In this document: piece after piece, positions 39,623-48,107 of the stretch
Numbering within the stretch: position 1 is the stretch's first letter
Layout of the letters: each line of letters opens with the position of its first letter
DNA from: Minisyncoccota bacterium
GTDB lineage: Bacteria > Patescibacteriota > Minisyncoccia > Phycocordibacterales > UBA9973
Reading direction: 5' to 3'
DNA: 64,000 nt
NCBI GenBank assembly: GCA_041662525.1
Contig: JBAZSF010000001.1
Coordinates: 105,383 to 169,382, forward strand
The notes under the pieces: model-generated
What the model was told of the DNA's origin: nothing
The model's input: the letters and a program-made list of their open reading frames with translations, nothing else
Database searches by the model: none
Program-made: the position numbers and the translations under genes

Positions 39623-39686
39623 GAGGAGCAGAAACAAATTTATTTGTTTAATGTCCGAATGTAGTTGCTATATGGTAATCCATATA
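39623..39686. repeat. 64-nt dispersed upstream repeat, copy 2 (upstream of clpB promoter)
   Basis: 58/64 identical to 24489-24552. Confidence 0.9.
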
Positions 39687-39711
39687 CACTACGTGTCAAG
39701 TATATGAAGTT

Positions 39712-40500
39712 TTACTGAAGTTTAGATGAAGAAATATCTGTCTTTGTAGAATTTCCTGCTCCTAAAACATCATTAATAGTTTTGATTGAAACAAAATTTG
39801 TCACATCACTAAAGAGAGCAATACCGAGGGCTTCCCCATTTAAGTTAAGAACTAGTCCTCCAGCATTTGATTTTGTAACATTAATATCAATATTCTTATT
39901 TCCTTCATAAATAGAAGAGGAAATGTTACTACCTAAAACTAAAACTTTTTGTCCCTCTTTCATTTTACTTAAATCTCCAAAAACTGGTACCGTAAAAGAT
40001 AATTTATTCTTCTCATCGAGCGGAGATCCTATTTTAAGAAAAGAAAATCCAGACTTGTCAGTTGATATAAAATCCGCTTTAAATTTTCCACTATCATTTT
40101 TTACATAATAAACTTCTTTATCAAGAATAAATGTTGAATCGGTTACAATAATTCCATCAGTAGAAATAGCAAATCCTCGCCCAGCCCCTATTTCAATAGT
40201 TTTAAGATCCGCATCTTGTGCTTCCTTCGTTATAGAAAATACAGATGATTTATTTTTAGCAATTGCGTCTACTACTAAATCTTCTTCTTTAATAATTACT
40301 GTTTGAACTGTAGTTTTTCCTTCGACTTGCTCTATTTTTTCAATTGTTTGTTGAACAACACGATTAATCGGTGTAGTAAAAGACGCTGGTGCTTGTTGCA
40401 TCAAAGTCACAGTCGTTATACCTGTAGCTATAGAAGTGACAAAGCTAAGCAAAATAGCGAGTAATATAAGTTGGGTTTTATTTAATTCCTTAATATCCAT
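39712..40500 (-). CDS. Membrane-anchored trypsin/HtrA-like protein, catalytic residues apparently lost
   Basis: GRGFAISTDGIIVT and GGLVLNLNGEALGI fold motifs; no His or GxSGG. Confidence 0.65.
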   Translation of the reverse strand: MDIKELNKTQLILLAILLSFVTSIATGITTVTLMQQAPASFTTPINRVVQQTIEKIEQVEGKTTVQTVIIKEEDLVVDAIAKNKSSVFSITKEAQDADLKTIEIGAGRGFAISTDGIIVTDSTFILDKEVYYVKNDSGKFKADFISTDKSGFSFLKIGSPLDEKNKLSFTVPVFGDLSKMKEGQKVLVLGSNISSSIYEGNKNIDINVTKSNAGGLVLNLNGEALGIALFSDVTNFVSIKTINDVLGAGNSTKTDISSSKLQ

Positions 40501-40503
40501 ATT

Positions 40504-41703
40504 CTAATCATACCATTTTTTTAATTTAGTCAAAATTTTTGATAAAACTTTTACAGTATAGTCTATATCCTTTTTAGTTGTATCTCTACCTAAAGAAAAA
40601 CGTACTCCGCCCAACTCGTCATTTACCAAGGGTTCCCCTTGGTATTGCACTTGACGAATTGCTTTAATGACATCTGAGCCTCCGCTTTCTCCGCTTTTGC
40701 AAGCGCTTTTAGCTGAAGCCATAATTCCCTTATCAGAAAGCTCAATAACCAAAAGATCACTCGGGATATTGGCAAATGTTACGTTTACATTATTCGGCAA
40801 TCTATTTACTAAATCGCCATTTACTATACAGTTATTCGGACGTTGGACGTCCGAAATTCGGACGTCCAACGTCCGAAAAAAATAATCTCGCAACTTAATC
40901 AAACGTTTTACTTCTTTTTCTTTTATTTTTTGTACTGATTTCAATGCTCGAGAAAACTTTAAAATCTCCGGCAAATTTTCTGTCCCTGGACGAATTCCCC
41001 CTTCTTGATCTCCCCCACCAAACACCTTCGCAAGATTAACTGTTTTCTTTTTATAAAGAATTCCGACCCTGCCGGCTCCTTCTATTTTTGAACCAGAAAG
41101 TGAAAGCAAATCTACCCCTAATTTTTCAACATTCAGACCTAAATAATTTACCGCTTGCACTGCATCAGTATGGAAAATAGGAAAAAGAGTTAAGTTTATT
41201 TTTTTATAATATCTAATTATCTTTGCAATTTCCTTTATGGGTTGAATTGTGCCGATTTCATTATTCACATACATTACTGAAACAAGCACAGTATTTTTTT
41301 TAATTTCCTTTTTTATTTTTTGGGGATCTACTATTCCATTTGCTTCCACTGGTACGATAGTTATTTCTGCTAGTTTTCTTTTTGCTAATAATTTATAAGT
41401 CTCAAGAACGGATGGATGTTCTATGTTCGTCGTTATGATATGTGGTAAAACTTTTCCTTGCCAATTTAAAACCACCCCTTGAATTGCGAGATTATTACTC
41501 TCCGTTCCGCCACTGGTAAAAATAATTTCTTCTGGCCTAGCACCTAAAATATCAGAAACTTCTCTCCGCGCAATTTGAAGTTTAATTTTTGCCTCTACTC
41601 CAGCAGAATGCACAGAACTAGGGTTTGCTCTCGCGCTAGCGGCATAATCAAAATAGATATATTTATTTGGTTTTTTATTTGAGCTGTTATTTGATTTGGG
41701 CAT
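40504..41703 (-). CDS. Cysteine desulfurase (IscS/NifS family)
   Basis: YFDYAAS, FTSGGTESNN, EHPSV, HTDAVQ, SGSK, RPGTEN, KSACKS; ATG at 41703. Confidence 0.9.
   Translation of the reverse strand: MPKSNNSSNKKPNKYIYFDYAASARANPSSVHSAGVEAKIKLQIARREVSDILGARPEEIIFTSGGTESNNLAIQGVVLNWQGKVLPHIITTNIEHPSVLETYKLLAKRKLAEITIVPVEANGIVDPQKIKKEIKKNTVLVSVMYVNNEIGTIQPIKEIAKIIRYYKKINLTLFPIFHTDAVQAVNYLGLNVEKLGVDLLSLSGSKIEGAGRVGILYKKKTVNLAKVFGGGDQEGGIRPGTENLPEILKFSRALKSVQKIKEKEVKRLIKLRDYFFRTLDVRISDVQRPNNCIVNGDLVNRLPNNVNVTFANIPSDLLVIELSDKGIMASAKSACKSGESGGSDVIKAIRQVQYQGEPLVNDELGGVRFSLGRDTTKKDIDYTVKVLSKILTKLKKWYD
40624..40644. repeat. 9-bp-stem palindrome in frame in cysteine desulfurase (YQGEPLV)
   Basis: taccaaggg-ttc-cccttggta. 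Confidence 0.65.
40835..40877. repeat. Perfect 21-bp palindrome in frame in cysteine desulfurase
   Basis: ttcggacgttggacgtccgaa-a-ttcggacgtccaacgtccgaa. Confidence 0.9.
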
Positions 41704-41727
41704 AAAAATAGTATATATTGAAAATAC

Positions 41728-42183
41728 ATGAACACAAAGCTTCAAATTGCTTTTTTTATTCTCTATGGAATTGCTATCCTAATTGGCGCTATCTGGATTA
41801 TTATTACCGAAAAGCGTCTAAAAAAATTTTTTCTTGGTAAAAAAGCCAAAGATCTAGAAGATACTATTATTTCATTAGAAAATAGTATTGTTGAATTAAG
41901 TAGAACAAAGAACTCTATGCAAAAAGATATTACCATAATAAATGGTAAACTTAAAAAAAGTATTCGTGGACTTGAGACAATCCGCTTCAATCCTTTTCCT
42001 GATCAGGGTAGCAACCAAAGTTTTGCAATTGGAATGCTAAATGAAGAAAATGACGGTTTAGTAATTTCAAGTTTATATTCTCGTGAACGAATGAGCGTCT
42101 TTGCTAAACCTATCAAAGGTGGAAAATCTGAATACGAGCTCACTGCTGAAGAAAAAGAGGTTTTGAAAAAAATTCAAATATAA
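41728..42183 (+). CDS. DUF4446-family membrane protein
   Basis: N-terminal TM, coiled coil, RFNPFPDQGSNQSFAI, SSLYSRE, FAKPI. Confidence 0.75.
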   Translation: MNTKLQIAFFILYGIAILIGAIWIIITEKRLKKFFLGKKAKDLEDTIISLENSIVELSRTKNSMQKDITIINGKLKKSIRGLETIRFNPFPDQGSNQSFAIGMLNEENDGLVISSLYSRERMSVFAKPIKGGKSEYELTAEEKEVLKKIQI

Positions 42184-43703
42184 TGGAAAAAAATAAACAA
42201 AAAGAAAATATAATAAATCGGCCGCCAGTTGTGGTGGTCATGGGTCATATCGATCATGGTAAATCAACCTTACTTGATTACATAAGAAAGACGACTATCA
42301 CAGAAAAAGAAACTGGAGGAATAACACAAAAAATTTCTGCTTATGAGGTTGTCCATCAAAATAAAAAGATAACCTTCTTGGACACCCCCGGACACGAAGC
42401 TTTTTCAAAAATGCGCGAACGTGGTGCCAAGATAGCCGACATTGCTATCTTAGTCGTCTCGGCAGAAGATGGTGTAAAACCACAAACAATTGAAGCTTGG
42501 AAAACTATTGTAGAATCAAACACTCCATGCATTGTCGCTATAAATAAAATAGATAAACCAAGCGCTAATATAGAAAAAACAAAAACAGAATTAGCAGAAA
42601 ATGAAATCTATTTAGAAAATTATGGGGGCAAAATTCCTTTTGTAGAAATTTCTGCAAAAACTGGTATAGGAATAGAGGACCTTCTCTCCCTTATTTTAAT
42701 CCTAGCAGAGATGGAAAATTTAATTGGAGATAGCTCACTTCTTGCTTCTGGTTTTGTGATTGAAGTAAATCTGGATTCTAAGCGTGGAATACTAGCAACC
42801 TTAATTATAAAAAATGGGTCTATAAAAAATGGGATGACCGTCACAGTCGCAAATGCTATGTGCTCCACCCGGATAATAGAAAATTTCTTAGGAAAAACAA
42901 TAAACGAAGCTACTTTCTCTTCCCCTATCCGCATAGTCGGTTTTGATAAAATGCCTAAAGTGGGTGCGCCATTTAAAACTTTTCAAAACAAAATAGATGC
43001 TGTAAAATTTATAGAAAAATTACCCCTTAGTCCTACAGGCACTCTCCCCCACCAAGAAGAAGATTTTGGAATTGGTAAAAAAATTATACCTATAATATTA
43101 AAAGCTGATGTCTCCGGCTCAATTGAAGCAATTGAAAAAGAAATTTCTAAAATAAATTCCAAACTCGGCGTCACTTCAAATAAAAATGCAGAATTCAGAA
43201 TTGTCGGAAAAGGCATCGGACCTATTTCTGAATCTGATATAAAAGGAGTATCCTCTGGCGCAGATGCTATCGTTATAGGATTTAATGTAAAAGCTGACAA
43301 AAGTGCTATCAACACCGCCCAAAACAGAGGTATCACAATTTCTTTCTTTGATATTATTTATAAAATGACAGAATGGCTAGAAGTACAGATGGAAGAAAGA
43401 AGACCTAGAGTTGAGACCTTGGAAACAACAGGCCGCGCAAAGATCATTCGAGCATTTAGTCGCACCAAAGAACGTCAAATATTGGGAGGCAAAGTTGTAG
43501 AAGGACAAATCAATATAAATAGCACCATTAGAATAATGCGCCGAGAATTTGAAATTGGCCGTGCCAAAATAGTTAATCTAGAAAAAAATAAAGTAAAAAC
43601 TAGTGAGATTTCAGAAGGTTCTGAATTCGGAATGATGATTGAATCAAAAATAGAAGTTGTCGCTGGAGATATATTAGAATCTTTTTCCATAACCCAAAAA
43701 TGA
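42183..43703 (+). CDS. infB: Translation initiation factor IF-2 (no N-terminal domain)
   Basis: RPPVVVVMGHIDHGKS, DTPGHEAF, NKID, LKADVSGS. Confidence 0.95.
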   Translation: MEKNKQKENIINRPPVVVVMGHIDHGKSTLLDYIRKTTITEKETGGITQKISAYEVVHQNKKITFLDTPGHEAFSKMRERGAKIADIAILVVSAEDGVKPQTIEAWKTIVESNTPCIVAINKIDKPSANIEKTKTELAENEIYLENYGGKIPFVEISAKTGIGIEDLLSLILILAEMENLIGDSSLLASGFVIEVNLDSKRGILATLIIKNGSIKNGMTVTVANAMCSTRIIENFLGKTINEATFSSPIRIVGFDKMPKVGAPFKTFQNKIDAVKFIEKLPLSPTGTLPHQEEDFGIGKKIIPIILKADVSGSIEAIEKEISKINSKLGVTSNKNAEFRIVGKGIGPISESDIKGVSSGADAIVIGFNVKADKSAINTAQNRGITISFFDIIYKMTEWLEVQMEERRPRVETLETTGRAKIIRAFSRTKERQILGGKVVEGQININSTIRIMRREFEIGRAKIVNLEKNKVKTSEISEGSEFGMMIESKIEVVAGDILESFSITQK

Positions 43704-44032
43704 CCGAAAAAAATCAGCGAAATGAAAAAGTCGCGAAGGAAATAAAAGAACTCTCCGCCCAATTTTTAGGACGTGAAAATAATAGAACTTCGCTTATCAC
43801 CGTCACGGGAGCTAACACCTCCCCTGATCTTAAAAGGGCCACCATCCTCATCACAGTGCTTCCAAACTCTAAAGAAAAGTCTGCCTTGGATTTTGTAAAA
43901 CGAAGACTTAAAGATTTACGAGAATATTTGAAAAAAAATATGCCCATAAAAATAATCCCTTTCCTTGATGTTGCCATAGATCTAGGAGAAAAAAATAGAC
44001 AAAAAATTGACGAATTGCTTCGAAATAGTTAG
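43700..44032 (+). CDS. rbfA: Ribosome-binding factor A
   Basis: ITVT...SPDLKRA; position directly after infB. Confidence 0.85.
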   Translation: MTEKNQRNEKVAKEIKELSAQFLGRENNRTSLITVTGANTSPDLKRATILITVLPNSKEKSALDFVKRRLKDLREYLKKNMPIKIIPFLDVAIDLGEKNRQKIDELLRNS

Positions 44033-44043
44033 ATTGTTTGTAT

Positions 44044-44115
44044 GGCCTGGTAGCCAAGTGGTAAGGCATTCCTCTGCAAAAGGAATATACGGCGGTTCGA
44101 TTCCGCCCCAGGCCT
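44044..44115 (+). tRNA. tRNA-Cys(GCA)
   Basis: GGCCTGG/CCAGGCC acceptor, loop CTGCAAA, U discriminator. Confidence 0.95.
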
Positions 44116-44237
44116 CAAAAAATTAAATAGTTTTAATTTTTTGCTGATTTGCTGAAAGCAAAATTGCCGATGTGAGACAAAGTCGAACAGGCAATAAGAA
44201 AAGAAGTATGTTAAAATATTTTAGGATAAATAAAATT

Positions 44238-44319
44238 GCCCGAGTGGCGGAACTGGTATACGCGCACGACTTAAAATCGTGTCTCGTAAGGGATGTGGGT
44301 TCGATTCCCACCTCGGGCA
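44238..44319 (+). tRNA. tRNA-Leu(TAA)
   Basis: GCCCGAG/CTCGGGC, loop CTTAAAA, long variable arm. Confidence 0.95.
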
Positions 44320-44353
44320 CAATGCGTTAGGCAAGGCCTAACGCAAAAGTTTT

Positions 44354-44426
44354 GCGCCCTTAGCTCAGCTGGTAGAGCAGATCCCTCTTAAGGATAAGGT
44401 CGAAGGTTCGATCCCTTCAGGGCGCA
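44354..44426 (+). tRNA. tRNA-Lys(CTT)
   Basis: GCGCCCT/AGGGCGC, loop CTCTTAA. Confidence 0.93.
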
Positions 44427-44529
44427 CAAAGTGCAAGGGCACTTTGTGCGAGCCGGAGGCTGACGAGCCGAGGCGGGGTCGCGCAAAAATTCAGCAGAAT
44501 TTTATGTGTGACCACAAGTTTATAAATTT

Positions 44530-44611
44530 GCCGGGATGGCGGAATTGGTATACGCGCTAGTCTTAGGAACTAGTGGGGCAACCCTTGGGAGTTCGAGTCT
44601 CCCTCCCGGCA
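44530..44611 (+). tRNA. tRNA-Leu(TAG)
   Basis: GCCGGGA/TCCCGGC, loop CTTAGGA. Confidence 0.95.
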
Positions 44612-44636
44612 CAAAATATATGGGTATTAGGCACAC

Positions 44637-44665
44637 TTGACATTTATATTGATAAGTGCTATACT
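44637..44665 (+). promoter_or_regulatory. Near-consensus sigma70 promoter
   Basis: TTGACA-N17-TATACT with extended TG, 8 nt before ATG 44674. Confidence 0.8.
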
Positions 44666-44673
44666 ACACATGT

Positions 44674-45342
44674 ATGAATAAAACAAACTACAAATCAATA
44701 TTTTTTGGCTTATCAATGTTAGCTTTTAGTTTATGGGTCACACCCGTAAAAGTTCTTGCTACAGCTGGTTATGTTGATAATCCAACCCCTTATATTACAT
44801 ACATCACCCCAAATTCTAGTAATGGTAATATTGGATCAAACTTAGTCATTGCGATTACAGGAAATGGATTTATTCCAAGCTCAATCGTTAGAGTCAATGG
44901 TTCTGATCGCAAAACAACTTTTATAGATTACTCCCATATTCTAGTTAGAATAAATCCAAATGATACCTACAACACTGATGGATTCTACATTAATATTTTC
45001 AATGGATTTCCTGGAGGAGGATATTCTAATTCAGCATTATTTACCATAAATAATAACAACAATGACTCCTCTACTATAACCAGAACTAATACGAACACAG
45101 GAAACAATACCTATAACTCAAACAGCACTTATTCAAATACAAATCAAACAGATACTACTAATACAAATTCAGACTCTAGCAACCTCGCTTCCGCAGCTAT
45201 TTTCGGATCAAATAACTTCCTCCCTTCCGGCTTGATCCAGTGGATATTGTTTGCCATAGTAATTCTACTTATCGTCATCCTTGCAAGAAAAGTTTTCGGG
45301 GCTACAGCAAAATACAACGAAGCACCGATGAAGACTCCGTAA
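44674..45342 (+). CDS. Surface protein: signal peptide, IPT/TIG-like domain, Asn/Thr linker, C-terminal TM
   Basis: NPTPYITYITP...ITGNGF...VRVNG; LASAAIFG..FLP..LIQW anchor. Confidence 0.7.
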   Translation: MNKTNYKSIFFGLSMLAFSLWVTPVKVLATAGYVDNPTPYITYITPNSSNGNIGSNLVIAITGNGFIPSSIVRVNGSDRKTTFIDYSHILVRINPNDTYNTDGFYINIFNGFPGGGYSNSALFTINNNNNDSSTITRTNTNTGNNTYNSNSTYSNTNQTDTTNTNSDSSNLASAAIFGSNNFLPSGLIQWILFAIVILLIVILARKVFGATAKYNEAPMKTP

Positions 45343-45378
45343 TTCAACCCCCTTCTTTTCCCCCTTATCAGGGGGGAA
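45341..45378. repeat. Family D element, intergenic copy
   Basis: aattcaacccccttcttttcccccttatcaggggggaa. Confidence 0.75.
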
Positions 45379-45381
45379 TTA

Positions 45382-45414
45382 ACAAAAAACGGAAGCCTTG
45401 CTTTCGTTTTTTGT
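45382..45414 (+). terminator. Probable intrinsic terminator
   Basis: acaaaaaacggaagc-ctt-gctttcgttttttgt. Confidence 0.6.
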
Positions 45415-45416
45415 GC

Positions 45417-45446
45417 TTGACTTTTTCATATTAGGTGTGGTATAAT
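45417..45446 (+). promoter_or_regulatory. Sigma70 promoter of SPFH-like operon
   Basis: TTGACT-N18-TATAAT with extended TG. Confidence 0.7.
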
Positions 45447-45570
45447 AAGTGTTGAAAAATTCGTTGAAAAAAGAATAGGAAATAAAGACGAAGGGTTTCT
45501 CTTCGTTAAAGAATATAGAGGATTTTTCCTCTAAAAATTTTGAAAGCGCTTCAGCGCAAGGAGAAGAAAA

Positions 45571-46566
45571 ATGATAGAAATAGGATTATTTTTTTTGGTG
45601 ATATTAATGCTATTCCCATTCACAGCGTATTCACTCTCAACTCTTGATGTTTTTTTTACCCGCCTAGAAAGCGGTAGCATTAAGTTTATTAAAACTGGGG
45701 ATGGACTCCGGGAGATAATCTATAATACCCCTGGATACAAACTAGTGGATGGAAAATCTGGAATAAAAGAATTCCAGCCCACAGACGAAAAACAAAAACG
45801 TCCATGGTTGGGACTATACTGGATTGGGTTGCCACCTTTTGCAAAAGTGCATAAATTCAAAATAACAAAGGAGACCGAAAATCCAACGGGGAAAACACCA
45901 GAAGATTGGATTCTGGGAGGCAAAGAAGAGTTCATTGTAGATAGCCTTAGATTTATTTTTCCACGGCCTTATGTATTGAAGGCAGTGGAACTGAAAGACA
46001 GAACATCGGTTGATGTTCTGGTATTAGCGAAGTTTGAAGTTGTAAGACCTTTCGTTCCTGTTTTTTATTTCAAAGGCAAATTTTTTGAAAACGCGGGGGC
46101 TGACATTAGGGCCACTATAATAGACATTCTCAAGGAATATACTCTTGAGAAGTTTGTTACAGAAGCAAAAAAAGGAGAAGAGGGAGGGGTTCTTGCTGTA
46201 ATGAAAGAACCTAATGGAATTTTCAATAAAACCCTAATAGAGCAAGTTGGACTTCGTATTACTGGGATTTCGATCCCACAATACGACCCATCTGACAAAG
46301 CATTAAGGGAAGCTATGAACGCCCGGACTATTGCTAAAGAGCAGGGTCAGGCAATAATAGCAACAGCGAACGCAAACGCGGAAGCACAAGAGCGTCTTGC
46401 GATTGCTCAAAGAATTCAAATTAAAGAAATGGTTGAGGGCTTTGGTGGAGACACCAAAGCTACAGCAGAAGTTATGAGAGCACAAGCGCTCGCAGGAGGG
46501 AGTATAACAACACTGGTAGACGGTAAAGCGTCAGCTGTTGTGCCTGTAGGGGGTGAAAAATCATGA
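45571..46566 (+). CDS. SPFH/band-7-like membrane protein
   Basis: N-terminal TM, beta-rich core (VELKDRTSVDV, VGLRITGISI), Ala-rich coiled-coil tail; SD AAGGAG. Confidence 0.6.
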   Translation: MIEIGLFFLVILMLFPFTAYSLSTLDVFFTRLESGSIKFIKTGDGLREIIYNTPGYKLVDGKSGIKEFQPTDEKQKRPWLGLYWIGLPPFAKVHKFKITKETENPTGKTPEDWILGGKEEFIVDSLRFIFPRPYVLKAVELKDRTSVDVLVLAKFEVVRPFVPVFYFKGKFFENAGADIRATIIDILKEYTLEKFVTEAKKGEEGGVLAVMKEPNGIFNKTLIEQVGLRITGISIPQYDPSDKALREAMNARTIAKEQGQAIIATANANAEAQERLAIAQRIQIKEMVEGFGGDTKATAEVMRAQALAGGSITTLVDGKASAVVPVGGEKS

Positions 46567-47132
46567 TTCATCTGATTTGGATCATCCCGATAGGGATGAT
46601 AATATTTATCATCGCGTCCACTAAGTGGCGCCCACGAATTCCCAATATCCCGCACTTTCATTGGGGATGGCTTGTACCAATTGTGATAGTAGTAGTGGTT
46701 GTAGTTGGTTACTACCTCTACTCATCACATAAGGCAACAGCAAAAGTGGATAAAAAGCAAATGAAAAACGTCCTCGTGTGCAAAGACGAGGAGACCGAAA
46801 AGTGGGTGAAAATCCCACCAGGTTTTTACAAGGAAGGGGGTTCGGGAGAGTGTGTCGAGGGCACACCTCCGCCGCCTCCGGCACGGGCAACCAGAACTGC
46901 AGGAAAACATAAAACACTTTATGTTTTCCTGCCTGATGGGTGTATCACAAAACACCTTTCGGGAAATTGGGAAAGGTATCCCAAGGGAGGAGCAATAAAA
47001 TTCCTAAACTCCCAAGGGAAAGTAGTCTTGATTGACGAACCAGGTACTTATGTACCCTCGTCATTACCTGCAGGAGAGTACAAGATCTGCAAGGTAAGCC
47101 TCGATGCATGGGGCGTCGAGATCTGGGAATAA
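46563..47132 (+). CDS. Hypothetical membrane protein
   Basis: Two hydrophobic segments, Pro-rich linker; ATGA overlap with upstream gene. Confidence 0.65.
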   Translation: MIHLIWIIPIGMIIFIIASTKWRPRIPNIPHFHWGWLVPIVIVVVVVVGYYLYSSHKATAKVDKKQMKNVLVCKDEETEKWVKIPPGFYKEGGSGECVEGTPPPPPARATRTAGKHKTLYVFLPDGCITKHLSGNWERYPKGGAIKFLNSQGKVVLIDEPGTYVPSSLPAGEYKICKVSLDAWGVEIWE

Positions 47133-47196
47133 AAACCGCCTGACCAGCGGAAAAGAGGCAAAAGGAGGTAAGGCCACAATCGCGCTGGCCACGCAC

Positions 47197-47230
47197 AAAG
47201 GGCAGTCTCGTTTACGAGACTGCCCTTTCT
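47197..47230. terminator. Strong bidirectional terminator
   Basis: aaagggcagtctcgt-tt-acgagactgcccttt. Confidence 0.85.
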
Positions 47231-47251
47231 TAGTTCTTTTTAATTATTTGA

Positions 47252-47548
47252 TTACCTCAATTGCACTTTACTATTCTTTGGATCTATTTGATCTGATATT
47301 CCTAAAGTATTCAATACAATACTGAGAATAGTCCAAACTCCCATCATAATAGTAATACCGATAATTCCCCAGATCATATGACTTTTACCAGTTGTCTTTT
47401 TCTCTTCATTTTCTTGATTGGAAAGAAATTCAAACATTCCATAAAGAAAATACACAATAGCTAAAGCAAAAAGAAGTCCGATAAGTGGGTTTATGATCAT
47501 GTTATCAACATTCCGAATAAATTCATTTAAGCTAGTGGCTTGAAACAT
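47252..47548 (-). CDS. VirB2/TrbC-like pilin
   Basis: Two TMs joined by EEKKTTGKSHMIWGIIG. Confidence 0.7.
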   Translation of the reverse strand: MFQATSLNEFIRNVDNMIINPLIGLLFALAIVYFLYGMFEFLSNQENEEKKTTGKSHMIWGIIGITIMMGVWTILSIVLNTLGISDQIDPKNSKVQLR

Positions 47549-47592
47549 AAACTATTTTTGTAGACAAAAAATCCATATTATAATTTAATTTA

Positions 47593-47976
47593 TTACTGTT
47601 GTATTGTCGGCAAAATAATACTTGAATCATTAGTCCCTGTAAGATTAAAAGTATTAGTTAAAATATTTACAAGCCCCCACAAAGCTACAATAACAGCTAA
47701 ACCAATAACGCCGTAAATTATTCTGTCTCTACCTTTTGACTTTGCTTCTTCATCATCAGAGATTACATAACTGACAACTCCCCACACAAAGAAAACTACT
47801 GCTAAAGCAATTAAAACTGGAACAACAGCATTAAGAAGCTGACCAATTTTACATAATACTCCTCCTAAATTTTCAATTGGTCCTGCATTACAAGTAGCAC
47901 CAGTAGTAGCTGCTAATGCAGCAATAGGCATAAAGCTTAAAACAAAACCTGACAATACAATTAATTTCTTTTTCAT
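47593..47976 (-). CDS. VirB2/TrbC-like pilin
   Basis: Signal peptide, Cys pair, EEAKSKGRDRIIYGVIG. Confidence 0.75.
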   Translation of the reverse strand: MKKKLIVLSGFVLSFMPIAALAATTGATCNAGPIENLGGVLCKIGQLLNAVVPVLIALAVVFFVWGVVSYVISDDEEAKSKGRDRIIYGVIGLAVIVALWGLVNILTNTFNLTGTNDSSIILPTIQQ

Positions 47977-47979
47977 AAT

Positions 47980-48024
47980 TGATTTTACGAAATCATGTCG
48001 CGCAATCGTCCATTAAAGCGCGAC
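47980..48024. repeat. 45-nt double-hairpin motif, copy 2 (5' of pilin ATG)
   Basis: tgattttacgaaatcatgtcgcgcaatcgtccattaaagcgcgac. Confidence 0.85.
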
Positions 48025-48107
48025 TTAAACTAATAATAAAAGCGACCTTATAATAATAAACTAATAATGTTCTTTAATTATACCCCCTCCAAAAAATCAA
48101 AGCAAAT

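Noticed and set aside
44454-44515. Hammerhead ribozyme (CUGACGAG core)
   Set aside because: No correctly placed stem II followed by GAAA and stem III in either this copy or the 27965 copy.
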